Source: Pelomyxa schiedti
Lineage: Eukaryota > Protista > Evosea
Direction of reading: 5' to 3'
DNA: 58,874 nt
Assembly (NCBI GenBank): GCA_020536535.1
Contig: JAHLWZ010000239.1
Location: 1-58,874 of the forward strand
The notes under the pieces were generated by a model. It had not been told where the DNA came from. It made no database searches and saw only the letters and a list, made by a program, of their open reading frames with translations. This document shows positions 40,294 to 53,577 of the stretch, piece after piece (within the stretch, counting starts at the first letter, position 1; each line of letters starts with the position of its first letter). The translations under genes were made by a program, and so were the position numbers.

Positions 40294-42118
40294 TTATTCA
40301 GAGGGTGATGCACTGCTGTGGGGGAGTCGATTGATTCGGGAGGATGTTGTGCTGCTTGCAACGGAACTTGTGGTGCTGCTGGTAGTGAAGCTGCTCCCGC
40401 CGCTCTCGTAGTTGTTGCTTCTGCTTCTATGTAAAGTGTTAGCGATACACAGCAGACATTATTGGCCGCCTAGCGGCCATACATGATCTGTGTGATGTAC
40501 TCAAGCACGGTGGAGATGTCTGGCCTTGCCTTTGGGTCCATAGCCCAACATGACCGCAGTAGGGCAGACACATCAGACGGAAAAGTCTCATGAAGGGGTG
40601 GATGCCGGCCACTCATAATAGATGCTTGCACAGACCTTGGGTCAACGGTCCCATAAGGCCTGGTTCCAGAAAACAACTCCCACACGAAAACGGCAAAAGA
40701 GTATCTTGAGGGATAAGGAGTGAGTTAAAACACCCTATTCGGGGAGTGTTCCACACATATCAGAAGATGTGGAGGCCGGGGCTCCATGCAGCACCTCTGG
40801 TGCTGCATAGGCTATGGTTTTTTGATCCGGCCCACTTACAGTTCCCAGGTATTTGTCGTAATGCCTGCAAGATCCCATGTCACCCAACTAATTTTGTGTG
40901 TTAATAAAAACCAAGAAAAGTGTACGCACTACCTTAACATTCCAATTTTCATCTAGAAGTACGTTGTCGACTTTTATGTCCCTGGAAAAGAACAAAAACG
41001 AATGTTAAGGCGTGCAATAGGCATGAAAGTGAGGCACACCTGTGAACAACATGTGCGGTATTGTGCAAAAATTCAACACCACGTGCCTGATTGGTGATAT
41101 GGGGTGAAGGGCGTAAAATGTAAGTAAGGAATAGAATTGAAATAGCAACGAACCACTTCGCGAGCAATTGTAAGTCTTTTCAACTTGCTCAGTGGTAAGC
41201 CTCTCAGCATTGATCCTGGAACTCGGTCCGGTTGATGCAGGATATCATACAAGGTACATGGCATGAATTCAAGGATCAGCATTCTCTGAGAGGGGGCAGG
41301 ACCTTCCCCTACGGCTGTGAATTGATGGCGGTGCTCAGCCTTTCCCAGGGTACAACAACGATAACTACAACAAAAAAGGGAGCAGCATACCTAGCAAAGA
41401 TAACAAGTTCGGGTGATCAAAGGACCTCTTGCAGTTGAGAGAAGTCTTAAAAATACCACAAATAAACAGAAGCTTACATTTGAAGATCTGTTTTTCCACG
41501 GACTCCCTCGTTCAACACTTTAACAGCCACAGGTCTCCCCTCAAGTGCCCCTAGGTTTTGTTTTGTGTGCTTTTTTTAAAAAGATATGTAAGGCTGGGAT
41601 CTATACCTTGGTAAACTGACGAGTACGTCCCTTCCCCCAGGATTTTCTCAAAATTGACAACTAACTTTGGACTTCTATAGGGCAGCTGCGGCTTTTGAGC
41701 TGCCACAATACGTTTCGTCTTCTCGCACTTCTTCTGGTTTCCAGGTTTCTCCAAATGTACTCTTACTGAGTCATTTTCAGAGTCAGTGTAAGTGTAGTGG
41801 GGTAGTGCAAGGGCATTGCGGGCTTCTCCTCGGGTCTGAAACTTGACCATCGCGATGCCGCACTGTTTATGAAACTTTACCTTGCATCTGGGGATATGAT
41901 TGGATTGAATTGTGTTGCGATGGGGTTGGATTATGCAACAAAAGAAAAACAAAAAAAGCAAATGCACACCACCCGTACATTTTGTGGGGAAAGAAGGCAT
42001 CCCGGACGAGATCCTTTGTGACGGTGTCCATACAGTGTTCTAAACCACGAACGACATAGTAGTCCGGTGGGAACTCAAAGTCATGTTGGTCCTGAGGCTG
42101 AGCGGCTGCACTGGCCAT
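40294..42118 (-). CDS. Ser/Thr protein kinase (TKL-like) with an N-terminal RRM-like domain
   Basis: LGEGTYSSVYQG, VAVKVL, LILEFM, VHR|DIKVDNVLLD, LGDMG, YAAPE, VWELFSGTRPY, CWAMDPKARP; N-terminal YVVRGL...VTKDLVRDAF...GIAMVKFQTRGEARNAL; 3' end approximate. Confidence 0.85.
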
Positions 42119-42555
42119 TGTTTTGTAAGATCTTCCTTCTTCCCTCTTTACTCTCTGCCTCGAGGCAAAAAAAGTTCCGGCCAACAAACAACGCGCAACA
42201 ACTGACACCGCTCCCCTGCACACATTCGTTGATATTGGACGTTTCAGTCAAAAACCCACCACTTTTGGTATGTGGTGCACCACTTGCTGTGTAATATTTA
42301 AAATTTCTGAGACTCTTTGCAGCCCCCCCACTCCAGGCAATTGTAATGTATTATTACCTCTTTTGTGGCGGCGGACTTGAGAAGAACTACCTACTTACTT
42401 TGCCATTGGTACCCTCTTGCATCCTCTTTGGGAGATTAAACAGACAGTTTACGGCAGTCAATTACGGAATTGCCGCACCCATTTCGAAGTTACATTAAAA
42501 ACACAGTTGAGGTACGAACGGAATTACTGATTGGGAATGGTATGGGTGAAGGGCC

Positions 42556-43942
42556 TTACGTGTCTTCAGATTGTGCGTAGAGCTCCAGGTTGGCACGGTG
42601 CAGGTCCGAGTTTTGTTGGTGGTTCTCCAATTCTTGTGCTGTGGAAAATTTCCTGCAAATGATGGTTTTGTTGGGTGAGTTTCGCGAAAGAAAAAGAGGA
42701 GAGGTGAAAACACCTGCGGCATAGTGTGCAGCAAACAATAAGAATCGGTTCCGAACTTCCATCAGGGAGATTTCGATTAGATTCGTAGGCCTCCCCATTC
42801 AGTGGATTGTGAACCGGCTCATCGTTCATTTCACTTGCTGATGGGTCATTATTTGACTCTGCTGCAGGGGGTGGTGGTAGGACTGTGGAACTGGTTGTTG
42901 TGGTTGATGTTGAGTTGGTGCTTGCAGATTTGCTTGAAGTGGGGTTTGCTTCTGAAGATGCACCTTCATCATGTACAACTCCCACAGGAGGGCCTACGAA
43001 CACTCTTGGTACATTCTGCCTTTCTCTCGGTGATGTTGCCACAGGAGGTATGAAGTGTTTCTTCGTTCTGGAAGCACCAGAACTTTTTTTCCCACCACTG
43101 GCACATTTTGTCCATGATGCCCAAGCAGCATAGTGAACATCAAGGGTTTCTTCAAGTCTCTCTTTTACACGCTCAAGACGAGCTTCATCTTTGGCTGCTT
43201 NNNNNNNNNNNNNNNNNNNNNNNNNNNNNNNNNNNNNNNNNNNNNNNNNNNNNNNNNNNNNNNNNNNNNNNNNNNNNNNNNNNNNNNNNNNNNNNNNNNN
43301 GAACTTTTTTTCCCACCACTGGCACATTTTGTCCATGATGCCCAAGCAGCATAGTGAACATCAAGGGTTTCTTCAAGTCTCTCTTTTACACGCTCAAGAC
43401 GAGCTTCATCTTTGGCTGCTTTACGTTCCGCTTTTGCTTTTTTCAGCTGCAGTCAAGTTAGAATTGATATGAGGAAGACAAAAAGAAGGGTATCAACTAT
43501 GGAGAGTTCAGCGGCACTCAGATTTCTCCCACCACGCCTAGAATTAAACCCTCCACCAGAGTGCTTTCCCAATAGGAGGTCAAGATACTTTGCTTGCAGA
43601 TCAGGGTCACTCAGTCTTTCATAGGCCTCCGTCAACTTTTTGAAAGCTTCCTCGGACTGTGATATTTTTTCAATTCGATTACTGTGTTGTCAGTCTATCA
43701 GTACTTCGATAAACAGCACAACGCTTTTCAAAAAACGACAACACAAAGTCACGACATCTCAAAAATAAAGAGGGAAAAAGAACCCGCAAACTCACCTGCG
43801 GCTCTTTGCATTTATCAGGATGAACCAGTCGCGCGATGGCCTTATATTGCTTCCTCACCACCTCTAACGTAGCCACCCCCAACGGTAATCCCAGCACCTC
43901 GTAAAAATCGCGACTACCTAGTACCCGGCCAACTTCGCCCAT
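42556..43942 (-). CDS. DnaJ (J-domain) protein with a C-terminal C2H2 zinc finger
   Basis: DFYEVLGL...VRKQYKAIARLVHPDK...AFKKLTEAYERLSDP; C-terminal CTLCR|RKFSTAQELENHQQNSDLHRANL; the gap at 43201-43300 has overlapping flanks. Confidence 0.85.
43201..43300. other. Scaffold gap with duplicated flanks (about 43080-43200 = 43301-43421)
   Basis: The same 120 nt appear on both sides of the N run. Confidence 0.95.
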
Positions 43943-44153
43943 GCCCAAGATCTCGTTTTTTATGTTGATTGTAGATAAAAACCAAAAAAAAGAAAGTTTT
44001 GGGTGCCTTCCAAAACAGCTAGCTGTTAGCTGACCAAAAACCTAGTGGTTCAGCTGGGGAGCACTGTAATTGCGCCTATTGTGGTGAATGGGATGACACG
44101 ATGGTTCGTTGAGCAAGTTCATTCAACGCTCTCGCAATACATTCTTTCAATTT

Positions 44154-46275
44154 TTATTCTTTCGTGTTGCTTTTTGACTGAAGACACCTCACATGGTCAG
44201 TTGCACCAACGTGGCCAAGGCCAGCTGCCCGCAGCCACAGTCTCATTGCCTGGTGAACATCCTTTTCAACACCAATGCCGCTTTTATAACACACACCAAG
44301 GTTGTTCATTGCCCATGCATTACCAGCATCGGCAGCCCTCTGATACAGTGACACTGCCTTGTGAATATCCTTGTCAACACCAGTGCCATTGACATAACAG
44401 CAACCAAGGTTGTACATTGCCTGGGATTGGCCAGAATCAGCTGCCATCTGATACAGTGACACTGCCTTGTGAATGTCCTTCTCAACACCATTGCCAGTGA
44501 CATAACAGCAACCAAGGTTGCTAATAGCTTCCGCATAACCAGCGTCAGCAGCCCTCTGATATAGAGTCACTGCCTTTCTGGCATCCCGGGCAACACCATC
44601 CCCATTTTCATAACACACGCCGAGGTTTAACATTGACTCCAAATTGCCGGCATCAGCAGATCTCTGGTACAATTCCAGTGCCTTGCTGGTATCCTGGTCA
44701 ACACCATCCCCATTTTCATGGCACACAGCAAGGTTAAACATTGCCATGACATTACCGGCATCAGTAGCCCGCTGAAACAGTGACACTGCCTTGTAAATGT
44801 CCTTCTCAACACCTTCTCCAGAATCATAACACGAAGCAAGGTTGAACATTGCAGTACCATTACCAGCATCAGCAGCCCTCTGATACAGTGTCACTGCCTT
44901 GTGGGTGTCCTTGTCAACACCACCAACACCATGATCATAACAGATGCCCAAATGTGTGACAGAGGAAACACACCAGCGAATCTGACCCACGGAACAAGTG
45001 ACAACGGTGGGATTGCTTCTCTCTTCAGCAGCACTGGTGGTGCTGGCGTAATGTGATGAACTCATGTCAGCAAAAATGTGTGCTGCTGTATAACCGTGGG
45101 CTTTTTGCTGGTTGTCTGAACGGCAATACAACATCCAGAGGGCAACAAATTACATGCAAGACCACGACTGTTCTCCTGAACTTGTTGGTACTGATTGTTG
45201 TTGAGGAGCAGTGATGTTGCCTCTCAATGATGCCGTTGATACAAAATCATCCCATTCAGAGTCAAGGTCCGTTTTGTTTGTTTCGTTTGTGACCTTCAAC
45301 ACACGCATGCAATGGGTTCTCATTCCCTCAAATGAGGAGAGGGCACGAGAGTAATACTGAGACAGGCACGCTGGAATGTGTTGATGAAGTGCCACGTGGT
45401 CATCAGTGACAGAACGGAGACAAAGAAGGAACAACAGAGCAGGGAGGTAATTGCACTGATGACGTGATGATACCCCTGAGTTGTGTGTTGGTGGGGATGA
45501 AAACGAAATGAAGAAAGGCACAAAGAGTGCATTCACACACACCACCGCGATTGATGCTGTTCATCTCAGATTCAAACAAGGAGAATGCGTTCGCAACAAG
45601 AGCAAGGGCAGGATCAATGTTTCCCACTTGCAACTGCAAAAGTGCTTCCATCATCATCTCGTTTCTTGTGCGATTCACACTCACACTCCTCTTCGATGTG
45701 GAACTTGGTGTTGTCTCATGTGTTTGGAGAGACTTTGTAAAGCTGTTAAAGACATACATTATAAACGCGAAGGTTAAGAGTTACCTCAAAGACATGTGTG
45801 TTCCCAACAACGCTATTATGAGGTGGGGTCACGAGTGATGTTCCTGTGGTTGTCACGAAAGCTATTCGCTCCACACGCGGTGGTGGTTGCAGTTGCTCCC
45901 GTTCTTGTTGGTTTTGGTGGTTTTGTTGTTGCTCCGCGCGTGGCTTCTTCGAGGAACAGCAGGACGGATTTGCTTCGGACGGAGGAGGCCTCTTACGACT
46001 AGATGGTTCCGTTTCAGGGGACCTTGTTGCTTTGTTGCTGCCCCTGTCTGCCATCAACCCTCCTGTCGTCNNNNNNNNNNNNNNNNNNNNNNNNNNNNNN
46101 NNNNNNNNNNNNNNNNNNNNNNNNNNNNNNNNNNNNNNNNNNNNNNNNNNNNNNNNNNNNNNNNNNNNNNCGAGGAACAGCAGGACGGATTTGCTTCGGA
46201 CGGAGGAGGCCTCTTACGACTAGATGGTTCCGTTTCAGGGGACCTTGTTGCTTTGTTGCTGCCCCTGTCTGCCAT
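44154..46275 (-). CDS. Sel1-like repeat (SLR) protein
   Basis: About seven 36-aa repeats AMxNLGxCYxNGxGVxKDxxKAVxLYQRAADAG in 44190-44960; upstream exons begin MADRGSNK (ATG at 46054 or its gap-duplicate at 46275). Confidence 0.88.
46071..46170. other. Scaffold gap with duplicated flanks (about 45950-46070 = 46171-46291)
   Basis: The same sequence appears on both sides of the N run. Confidence 0.95.
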
Positions 46276-46813
46276 CAACCCTCCTGTCGTCGTTAATTTC
46301 CGCTGACAGACTAAGGGGAAACCAGATGAAAAGAAGCAAATCACAGACCCAACATAATGTGTTAGTCTACTCACCTCTCAAAGAGCTCCTGTTGCCTCCC
46401 ACAAGTCTTCTTCGAAGGTAAGATCGCACATAAACTGAGGCATTGACCTTGCCAAGTCTGGAATCCAGTTAGTTTTGGTAATACTTGGAACTGTCTGAGC
46501 CTGGTTGTAGTCGGGTGTGATCCACCCAGTGATACCATTCCAAAGGGGGATTGAACATTTTTGGAGCTTGGTTTTTGTTTTCTGGCTCCAACAAACTCTA
46601 AGAGGGTCGACACAGGACACCAGGTATGGTCCTACACAAATTGTTGTCCCAGCACAGGCGGCCCAGTTCCTCATATGTATGGACTTAAATAGAACTCTAC
46701 AAATACGGAATTATTGATGCCAGTGTGGTCCTCCAAAATGGATTTTTTTTTGTATTTCACATGAGTTTTCACAGGGTGAGATTGAGGTGGCTGTAGCTTG
46801 CTGTTGGTTGTGT

Positions 46814-49800
46814 TTAGGAATTTCCTTGTTGCTGGAAATTAGTTTTGAGGATGCGTGCTATTCTCTGCATGTCAGGGTTGCTGTACACCATAATTTTGCT
46901 TCTGACCTGTGAAGAAGCCATTGCTTGGTTGTACACAATGTTGGGAGGGTTGTGCTGTTGTAGTTGTGATGGATCTTGCACTTGTGGTTGTGATCGTGGT
47001 TGCAGTTGGGGTTTTGGTTGTGGTTGTGATGGTATGTCGTGCTGTGAGTTCTGTGGTTTTTTTACAGTGTGTACCGACTCTTCAATTTCTGGTACTTTGG
47101 TGGTATTTTTAGAGGAGGTAGTTTCTCGATTAGTGTTGGAGTTGGTGTGTTGATGTACTTGCGGTGCCCTTGTATTTTTTCTGTCAGGTACATTGCTGCT
47201 GATGTCAGGCTTGTGGGAGGTATTTGACATTTTGGGTCTGACGAGTGCATCGTTGAAGAAACTGGGCAGCTTTGGTGGGGGAGGGACGTGCAGTAGATAA
47301 TCTTCTTCCTCGTTATATCTGTTGGTGCTGCCACAAACCCACTCACCAGAACTGGGTTCTTCAGAAATGTCACGCGGTGTATGTGCCTGCTCCTCGGGTA
47401 CCATAGGAACTTCACCGTCATTGTACTGGATATTGAAATCATCCTCAGGAGGTGCGGAATCCTGCGCCGGAAAGATGTCAGGAGAGTTCGTTCCCGAAAG
47501 GTTAGCTTCTTCAGCGTCACTGAGCAGAGGCGAATCCTCAGAAGTTGGATTGGGCGCTTGAAAATCGGAGTTCAGTTGCGGACTCGGAGATCGTGTTGAT
47601 GTGTGTTCAGAGTCAATAGTATCTGGTGCCATGGTATTGAAGCCCACTTTGATTGGTCGTGTGTTGAGGTTTACTGCTGACTGTGCCAACGGAATGAATT
47701 GTTCTCTTGGCGCACAATCTCTTTGTGAGGAAGATAGACGTGGCTGGTGTACTGTGCCGGTATCCGAGGTTTCTGATTGGAATTTTTGACTGTGTTGAAG
47801 TGGTTTATGGACTGTATGTGACAAGCGGTCACTTCTGTGCAAGAATAAGCAAATGCAAATGTTTTGGATTCAACTTAGATAGATCAAATATGTTCCCAGA
47901 AGTGACTGAACCTGGAATGGCATCACTCACTGAGGGTTGTCCTGTGTCTGTATGTGACACTATCGAACTACTGTGCTTCTACATGAAAATTTTACATCCG
48001 CAAACAAAAAAAAAAAGTTGATCAACCTGAATCGAAGTTGTCACAGAGAAAAGAGGTGAACCAATGACTTCTTCAGAAGACACACACACCTGGTTAATTC
48101 AGTCAAGGGAAGGTGTTTAGATTTCGCATTACCTCCAGCTGTCCTTGTATTTGTTTGTTGGAGTTGAACAAATTGTACCATCCATGAATTTCTTGCAGGT
48201 GATCAAGGTTGACCAAATTAACTTCTGCTGTACCAAGAAGCAATTCGCTTGGCGTTGTTCCCTTTTTTTTCTTTTGTTGAACATCTTCTCTAAAAATTCA
48301 TCAGACTTACAGATTTGTTTGTGTCCTTGTGCCAAACTTTGAAAATGGCATTTTTCCTCTATTTCACGGTTTCAGAGAGATTAGTTGTGGAAGGACAATA
48401 GATACCAGTAATGTATCTTCCGTGTATTGCACAACAGTTGTATGATGCCACACAGGAGAGAACCCGGTAACAATAGGGGTGGAGAATAAAGGAGTGCTTG
48501 AGATATTCCCACTCCATTCGAATGCTACATAAGCAGTAGGGCAGGCTGCATCGCCACTAACATGAGTTAGAGATAATTCACTTTCGACATGAAAACTACT
48601 GGGGTATGGGAAAAACAGCCGGGAGTCGTACAGCACGCTCAACCATAACCCTGATTCTTTTCTCTGAGTGGGGATGGTTGTCGAGTCTATCATCCACTTG
48701 TCGGTTGAGGGTGGGGACTTGTGGAACTCCAATGTTATTTGGAGCTCCATCTTCAGGTAGTTTCATATCCCTATGTGGGAGGTCTTGGGAGCCATCGGGT
48801 TTTCTGGTACTATTTGCACTTGTGGCCATCAGAGTGTCATTTGTTTTAGCAGGCAAAGCAGGCTTAACTTCAACTGGACTTTCATCGGAAGCAATAAGAG
48901 TTACTCGAACTTTTAACCGGAAGGAAGAAATATCCGACTTAGGGTTGATGACATTATAGGTGCCGCCAATGGATATTATGGTTCCTTTTGAGGAACTAGG
49001 AACCATCATAAGATTTGTGGATTAAAGGAGGAGGCACACCACAGAAGGGCATCTGACAGTGCAGTTAATGGAATAAATGCTGACCCAAGGTAGTCAGAGG
49101 ATTCCACGGTATCGCTTCCTCCCCAAACTTGTATTTCCAGCTGTTCCCCCAGTATAAACCTGTTGTAGGAGCATTTTAAAAAAACAATCCGACTTAATCT
49201 CCCTTACTGTAAAAATGTAGAATCGGCTTTTTGCTGGAAGGAGTGTGAATGTTGCACATCAAGGTGGGAACTCCCACTAAGTCCAACCGGGGAAGTCGAC
49301 ACAGAACCTCATTTGAAAAGTTCGTTAGTTGTTTCTTTACTGTTTTTGTAGTTACCATGCTTGAAGAAGGAGTATGTGAAGACATAGTAGTGGTGTTTTG
49401 GTGTTTGAGGAATAGTGAGTCCCTCTATTATAACAGCTGCTTCTGTACTTCCAGTGAGGCTGAAATCTGGTAACCCGACGATGCGAGGTGCTAACGGTTG
49501 TCAAGCCCACTTAAATGAAAATGGATATTACCAGTGTGCACAATTGGCTGGTCAGAAACAGTTTCTATTGACCCTAGCTTCAAAGACAATTGGACCGCAC
49601 CAACTACTGCCTCAGAGTGTGGAGATTGAATATTGAACCAACCAGATATTGCTGTGTATGAGGTAAGTGATCCAATTTGTTCCAGGAAAAAAAGGAACAA
49701 CTGTTGTGAAAAAGGAGAGGTGAAAGCTGGATAATTGCACGCCCAAGTAGAAAAGCTGTCTGCTTCCTAGATGAAACTGTCAACAAGGCAGTCTTACCAG

Positions 49801-52800
49801 ATGAATTTGGGACACGATGCCACACTTCAAAGACGGCTTTACCACTTTCAAAAGAAAATTAGACTAGAGTGAGCACAGAAGGAATTACTTGAGAAGGTGT
49901 TGCTCAAGGGAGTCATCTTCAAACGGGACTTCAACGGAGGAGTGGTACAAAAACTCGGGGCAAAATGTGTGCACAACTACAGGTGTGGAATTGGTGTCTG
50001 TACCAAAAATTGAGAACGCGACATATACGTTCAAGCCAACTTGTGCAGTGTATTGAAACGTGGAATTGGAAGCAAGGGAAGAAAGAGCTTCCTGAGAAGA
50101 ATATATAAGAAATGGTAGAAGATTTACTCTTGCTTGCCTGTAGTCCTGCGCAACGTAAGACAGATACAGATATAGCCATATTAGTAGGATTGGCTGGGGA
50201 TTCGATGAGTGGTGATGGTGAAGCAGTATACGTTAATGCTGACGATTCATTGTCACCGAGGAGCGAGTGATATTGGAATTCCACACAAAGAATGCAAGTG
50301 GTGGTGGAATTAGTTGCAATCCCTTGTACTTGAAGTGCTACAGGAAGTTGAAACTGCCCAGAGTGATGCCCCTTTGATGTGCCAGTGCTTGTAAGGTGGT
50401 GAAGTTGGGATGGCTGAATTGAAGCCATTCCAAATATATTGGATGCACTTCCAACATTGTTGAAGACGGTGAAGATAAGTGCCGATTTCAGAGTGTTGGA
50501 GAGTGAGGATGACATTGGGAGTATGATGTTGTGCTGTGAGTGAAATGTAAACTGGTATACAATTTCGCGTGAGTAGTTTTTTTCTGGATGAGCTACTTGT
50601 GTAGAGATGGGAGTACTTTTTGTTGGGAAAATATAGCTCACATAAGCATTAGAAAGAACTGAGAATACAATTAATTAATGCCCAACTCTACTGGGATTGA
50701 CATACATTGGGTGAGGTGAGAAGGTACTCGTAGTTGGAGGATTGTTACATCAAAAACGTGGTTGACGGTGGTCTGCTTAAGCTAAGTGTTCATAAAGCAA
50801 AATATAAAACGAATGTACAATATTTTTCTTGTTGGCTAACTTCAATGACTCTAGGGACCTTGTTTGTTTTACCCTTTTCTCTTTATGTATGGGAATGTGC
50901 ATTTTCTTCCGCACCAAATAACCACGATAATGGCGTTGTATACACAAAGCTGCCTTGTCATAAGTGGACAGGGCCCTTATCTGGGCATAGTGTTTGTGGT
51001 TTCCTTCATATAAAAAAAAGATACTTGAGTAAGACTTCCTGCAGCAAGGAGAACGTGCATATAGCCACCAGACACAAGCCTAGGCAGAAGGGAAATATTT
51101 ACGGCGTCATTGAAGACTACAGCAGCATATTTTCTCTCCTCCGACAGTACAGTACGACCCGTAGTTGAATTGGAAAGTGCTAGGTATAGCTTGTGAAGCG
51201 GTATCTTCCCAATACCTGGGGATTTCTCAGGTTCACTGAAATTGAGGGCAAACCTACCAAGTACTCTCTTGTTCGACCAAAGTTCCATAATGACATTATT
51301 GTGTTGGAGGTGCTGCAGAAGTTCTGCCGACAAATTGAGGGGAACAGACTCTGAGAAGTTGAAGTTGGCGCAGGTTGCATGTGTGAACTGTGGAGTTATG
51401 AGATCTAACCCTGGGGATAGGTGCACAACAATGTGTGCACTGCGCTGTGGAATTATTTGCCTTGATTGGGAGAGTGATATGTAACGAAGATGAAAATGAA
51501 GCAACAGGTTTTGTGAACTATTGTGAGGTTGGAGAAAATCTTTGGCAGGTGATAAGTGCACAGAACTGTCGTGAAAGGAGGTCGCACTTGAATTGGCAAC
51601 CTCAGCCGCTCGGTGACTCTTTGTTGCTGAAGCACCCACCGGATCTTTTTTTTTGTAAATCTTTGAGAGAAAGATGAAGGAATGCTAAATACCTTTTTTT
51701 TCTTTAGAATTAACTTGGGAGTTAGAAGGGTTGAAGAATATTTGCTCGAGAAGCATTTCTTCTTCAGCACTCACAGCGCCCTCTTTTTGGAGCACTTCTG
51801 TGACAAGAGAGTCTTGTCTTGCAGGCGCATTGTGTACAACTTTTATGCTGGGTGTTACATATGCTGGGGCTGGTCTTGTTCAGTAGTGGTGAAAAATCAG
51901 AAAGAACAAGACAAACAAGAAACATCAAGGAATAACCACGATATCCTACCTTGGGGAAAATTGAAGCGGAATCGACATTGGTGTTACTCTTGTTCTGTTT
52001 GAGGTTAGAAAGCAAAAAGATTCATGGTGAAAACCGAGGAGGGCAAGCTGTTTCGCTGGTGGCAGCTACCATTTTTTGCATTAAAGCCTTGCCTCTGAGA
52101 AGAATGTCATTTACGTGAACCTTTTCCTGCGAAGGAATCTGGGGCTGTGTGGGCTCTAGGAATATTGAGTACATGACATTATGGGGAGGTCAACAACTTG
52201 ACTCAGTGATCTGACGAGTCACCTTAGGAACAAGGCCTCCTTCTGTTACTTGCTTGCGTTGCACTGATGTATCCAGAGTATTTTCACGATGCGACTCCGA
52301 CTTTATTGGGCAATTATTCACGGGGAGACCATTCCCGTGGTCAACAGAAAAAAGAGCATCTGGATTTGATCTCACAGGCCTTTCTTCTGGCAGTACCATT
52401 TCCTCACCACCTATGCCACATGTTATGCCTTTCTTAACAGTTGGCATCCCAACCTTCATATAATAAAAAGAAAAAAGTGACCTTGATCAAAGAAATTCAA
52501 TGCAATGTTGGCTTGTATTGATCCTGTGGTGCGGCCTCTTGGATCAGATACTGGAACTGCTCCTTGAAACACTTTTCCACTAGTTCCAGCAAGTGGGATG
52601 ACAGCCTGACCTGCAATAACAAGGGTTTTGGCCCAGACTATATCTAATGCAAGCGCTGCAGCATCTGAATAAACTTGTAAGGAATACATACACACACAAA
52701 AAGGTAATTTGTGCTAATAAAGTGTGATATAAGTGACAGCTTGCAGGGCCACAATAAAACAATCACAGAATGACAAACCGTGGAAGTAGTTTTCCAAGAT

Positions 52801-53273
52801 ATGACGAGGGCATTTCACAGGGAACACCACAGTGCACACTGATGAAGGCCCGCGAATTGGCCCAGTCCCGGGCTTCAGACTGCCACCACCGGGCCTCTGC
52901 TGCTGTTCCGAGAAAAAAATTGCCCCTGGCCCCCGCTCACCCCACCACTTGCACCTCACGAGAATCTGGCGGTTCTGCAACGATGTATCAGTCCAGCGAG
53001 GCTGCCCGAGAGTGACGGAAACCTCCCCACTCACATCTGTAACCGCCTTGGTTAGTCCATGAAGTGAAAACCTTCACCCACTGCCAATGTGTGCTGGCAT
53101 GGTAGAAGGGATTACAAAAAGGGAAAAAAAGAAAAAAAAAAAAAGCGAGAGTGCTGTAGACCTCCGTTGACATCAGGAGGTAGGGAAATAGGGACCAAGT
53201 TGGAGGTGTCAGGCACAGGGATTTTCTTAACCAACGACGTTGTGCCACACGTCGACCCATTTCGCCGTGCCAT
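46814..53273 (-). CDS. C2CD3: C2 domain-containing protein 3-like (centriole distal-end protein), many introns
   Basis: N-terminus ISLPPDVNG|DVSGEVSVTLG...ILVRCKWWGERGPG...FPVKCPRHILENYFH|D resembles the C2CD3 SLPP..EG...VRLRWWGE...RCGPKQF..YL.D pattern as I recall it. Several C2-like segments follow (FEVWHRVP, VSVLRCAGL, VMVERAVRLP, PTAYVAFEW...SPVW) and the C-terminus has RIARIL. Confidence 0.78.
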
Positions 53274-53577
53274 TTTCGATCTTTTCCGCGAATGTAAAAT
53301 TTCAGAGAGTACTGGCCTCTAAGCTTCCGGAGAATTCCTTCCAGCCTGCTGCGTCTGATCTGAGTAGAAGATGGATCAGCTGCCTCGAGCTGGAAGAACT
53401 CATCAGCAGAACATTCTACCACGGAAATTGAATGAAAACGTGCCTCTTTTACAGCCACAGTGTTCCGGCATGTCCGGCATTACGGATTTCCTGGTCCAAG
53501 CAGAGAATAACATATTTTCTATCTATTTCTATTATATGGTATCAACAGGGGTAATCTCAGCGGATCGTAGTGTGAGG

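Noticed and set aside
43080-43421. Tandem duplication inside the J-protein gene
   Set aside because: Identical sequence flanking a 100-N gap indicates unmerged contig overlap
44190-44960. CRISPR-like periodic repeats
   Set aside because: The 108-nt period is the coding Sel1 repeat; there are no invariant repeats with unique spacers and no cas genes
45950-46291. Duplicated first exon of the Sel1 gene
   Set aside because: Same gap-flank overlap artefact
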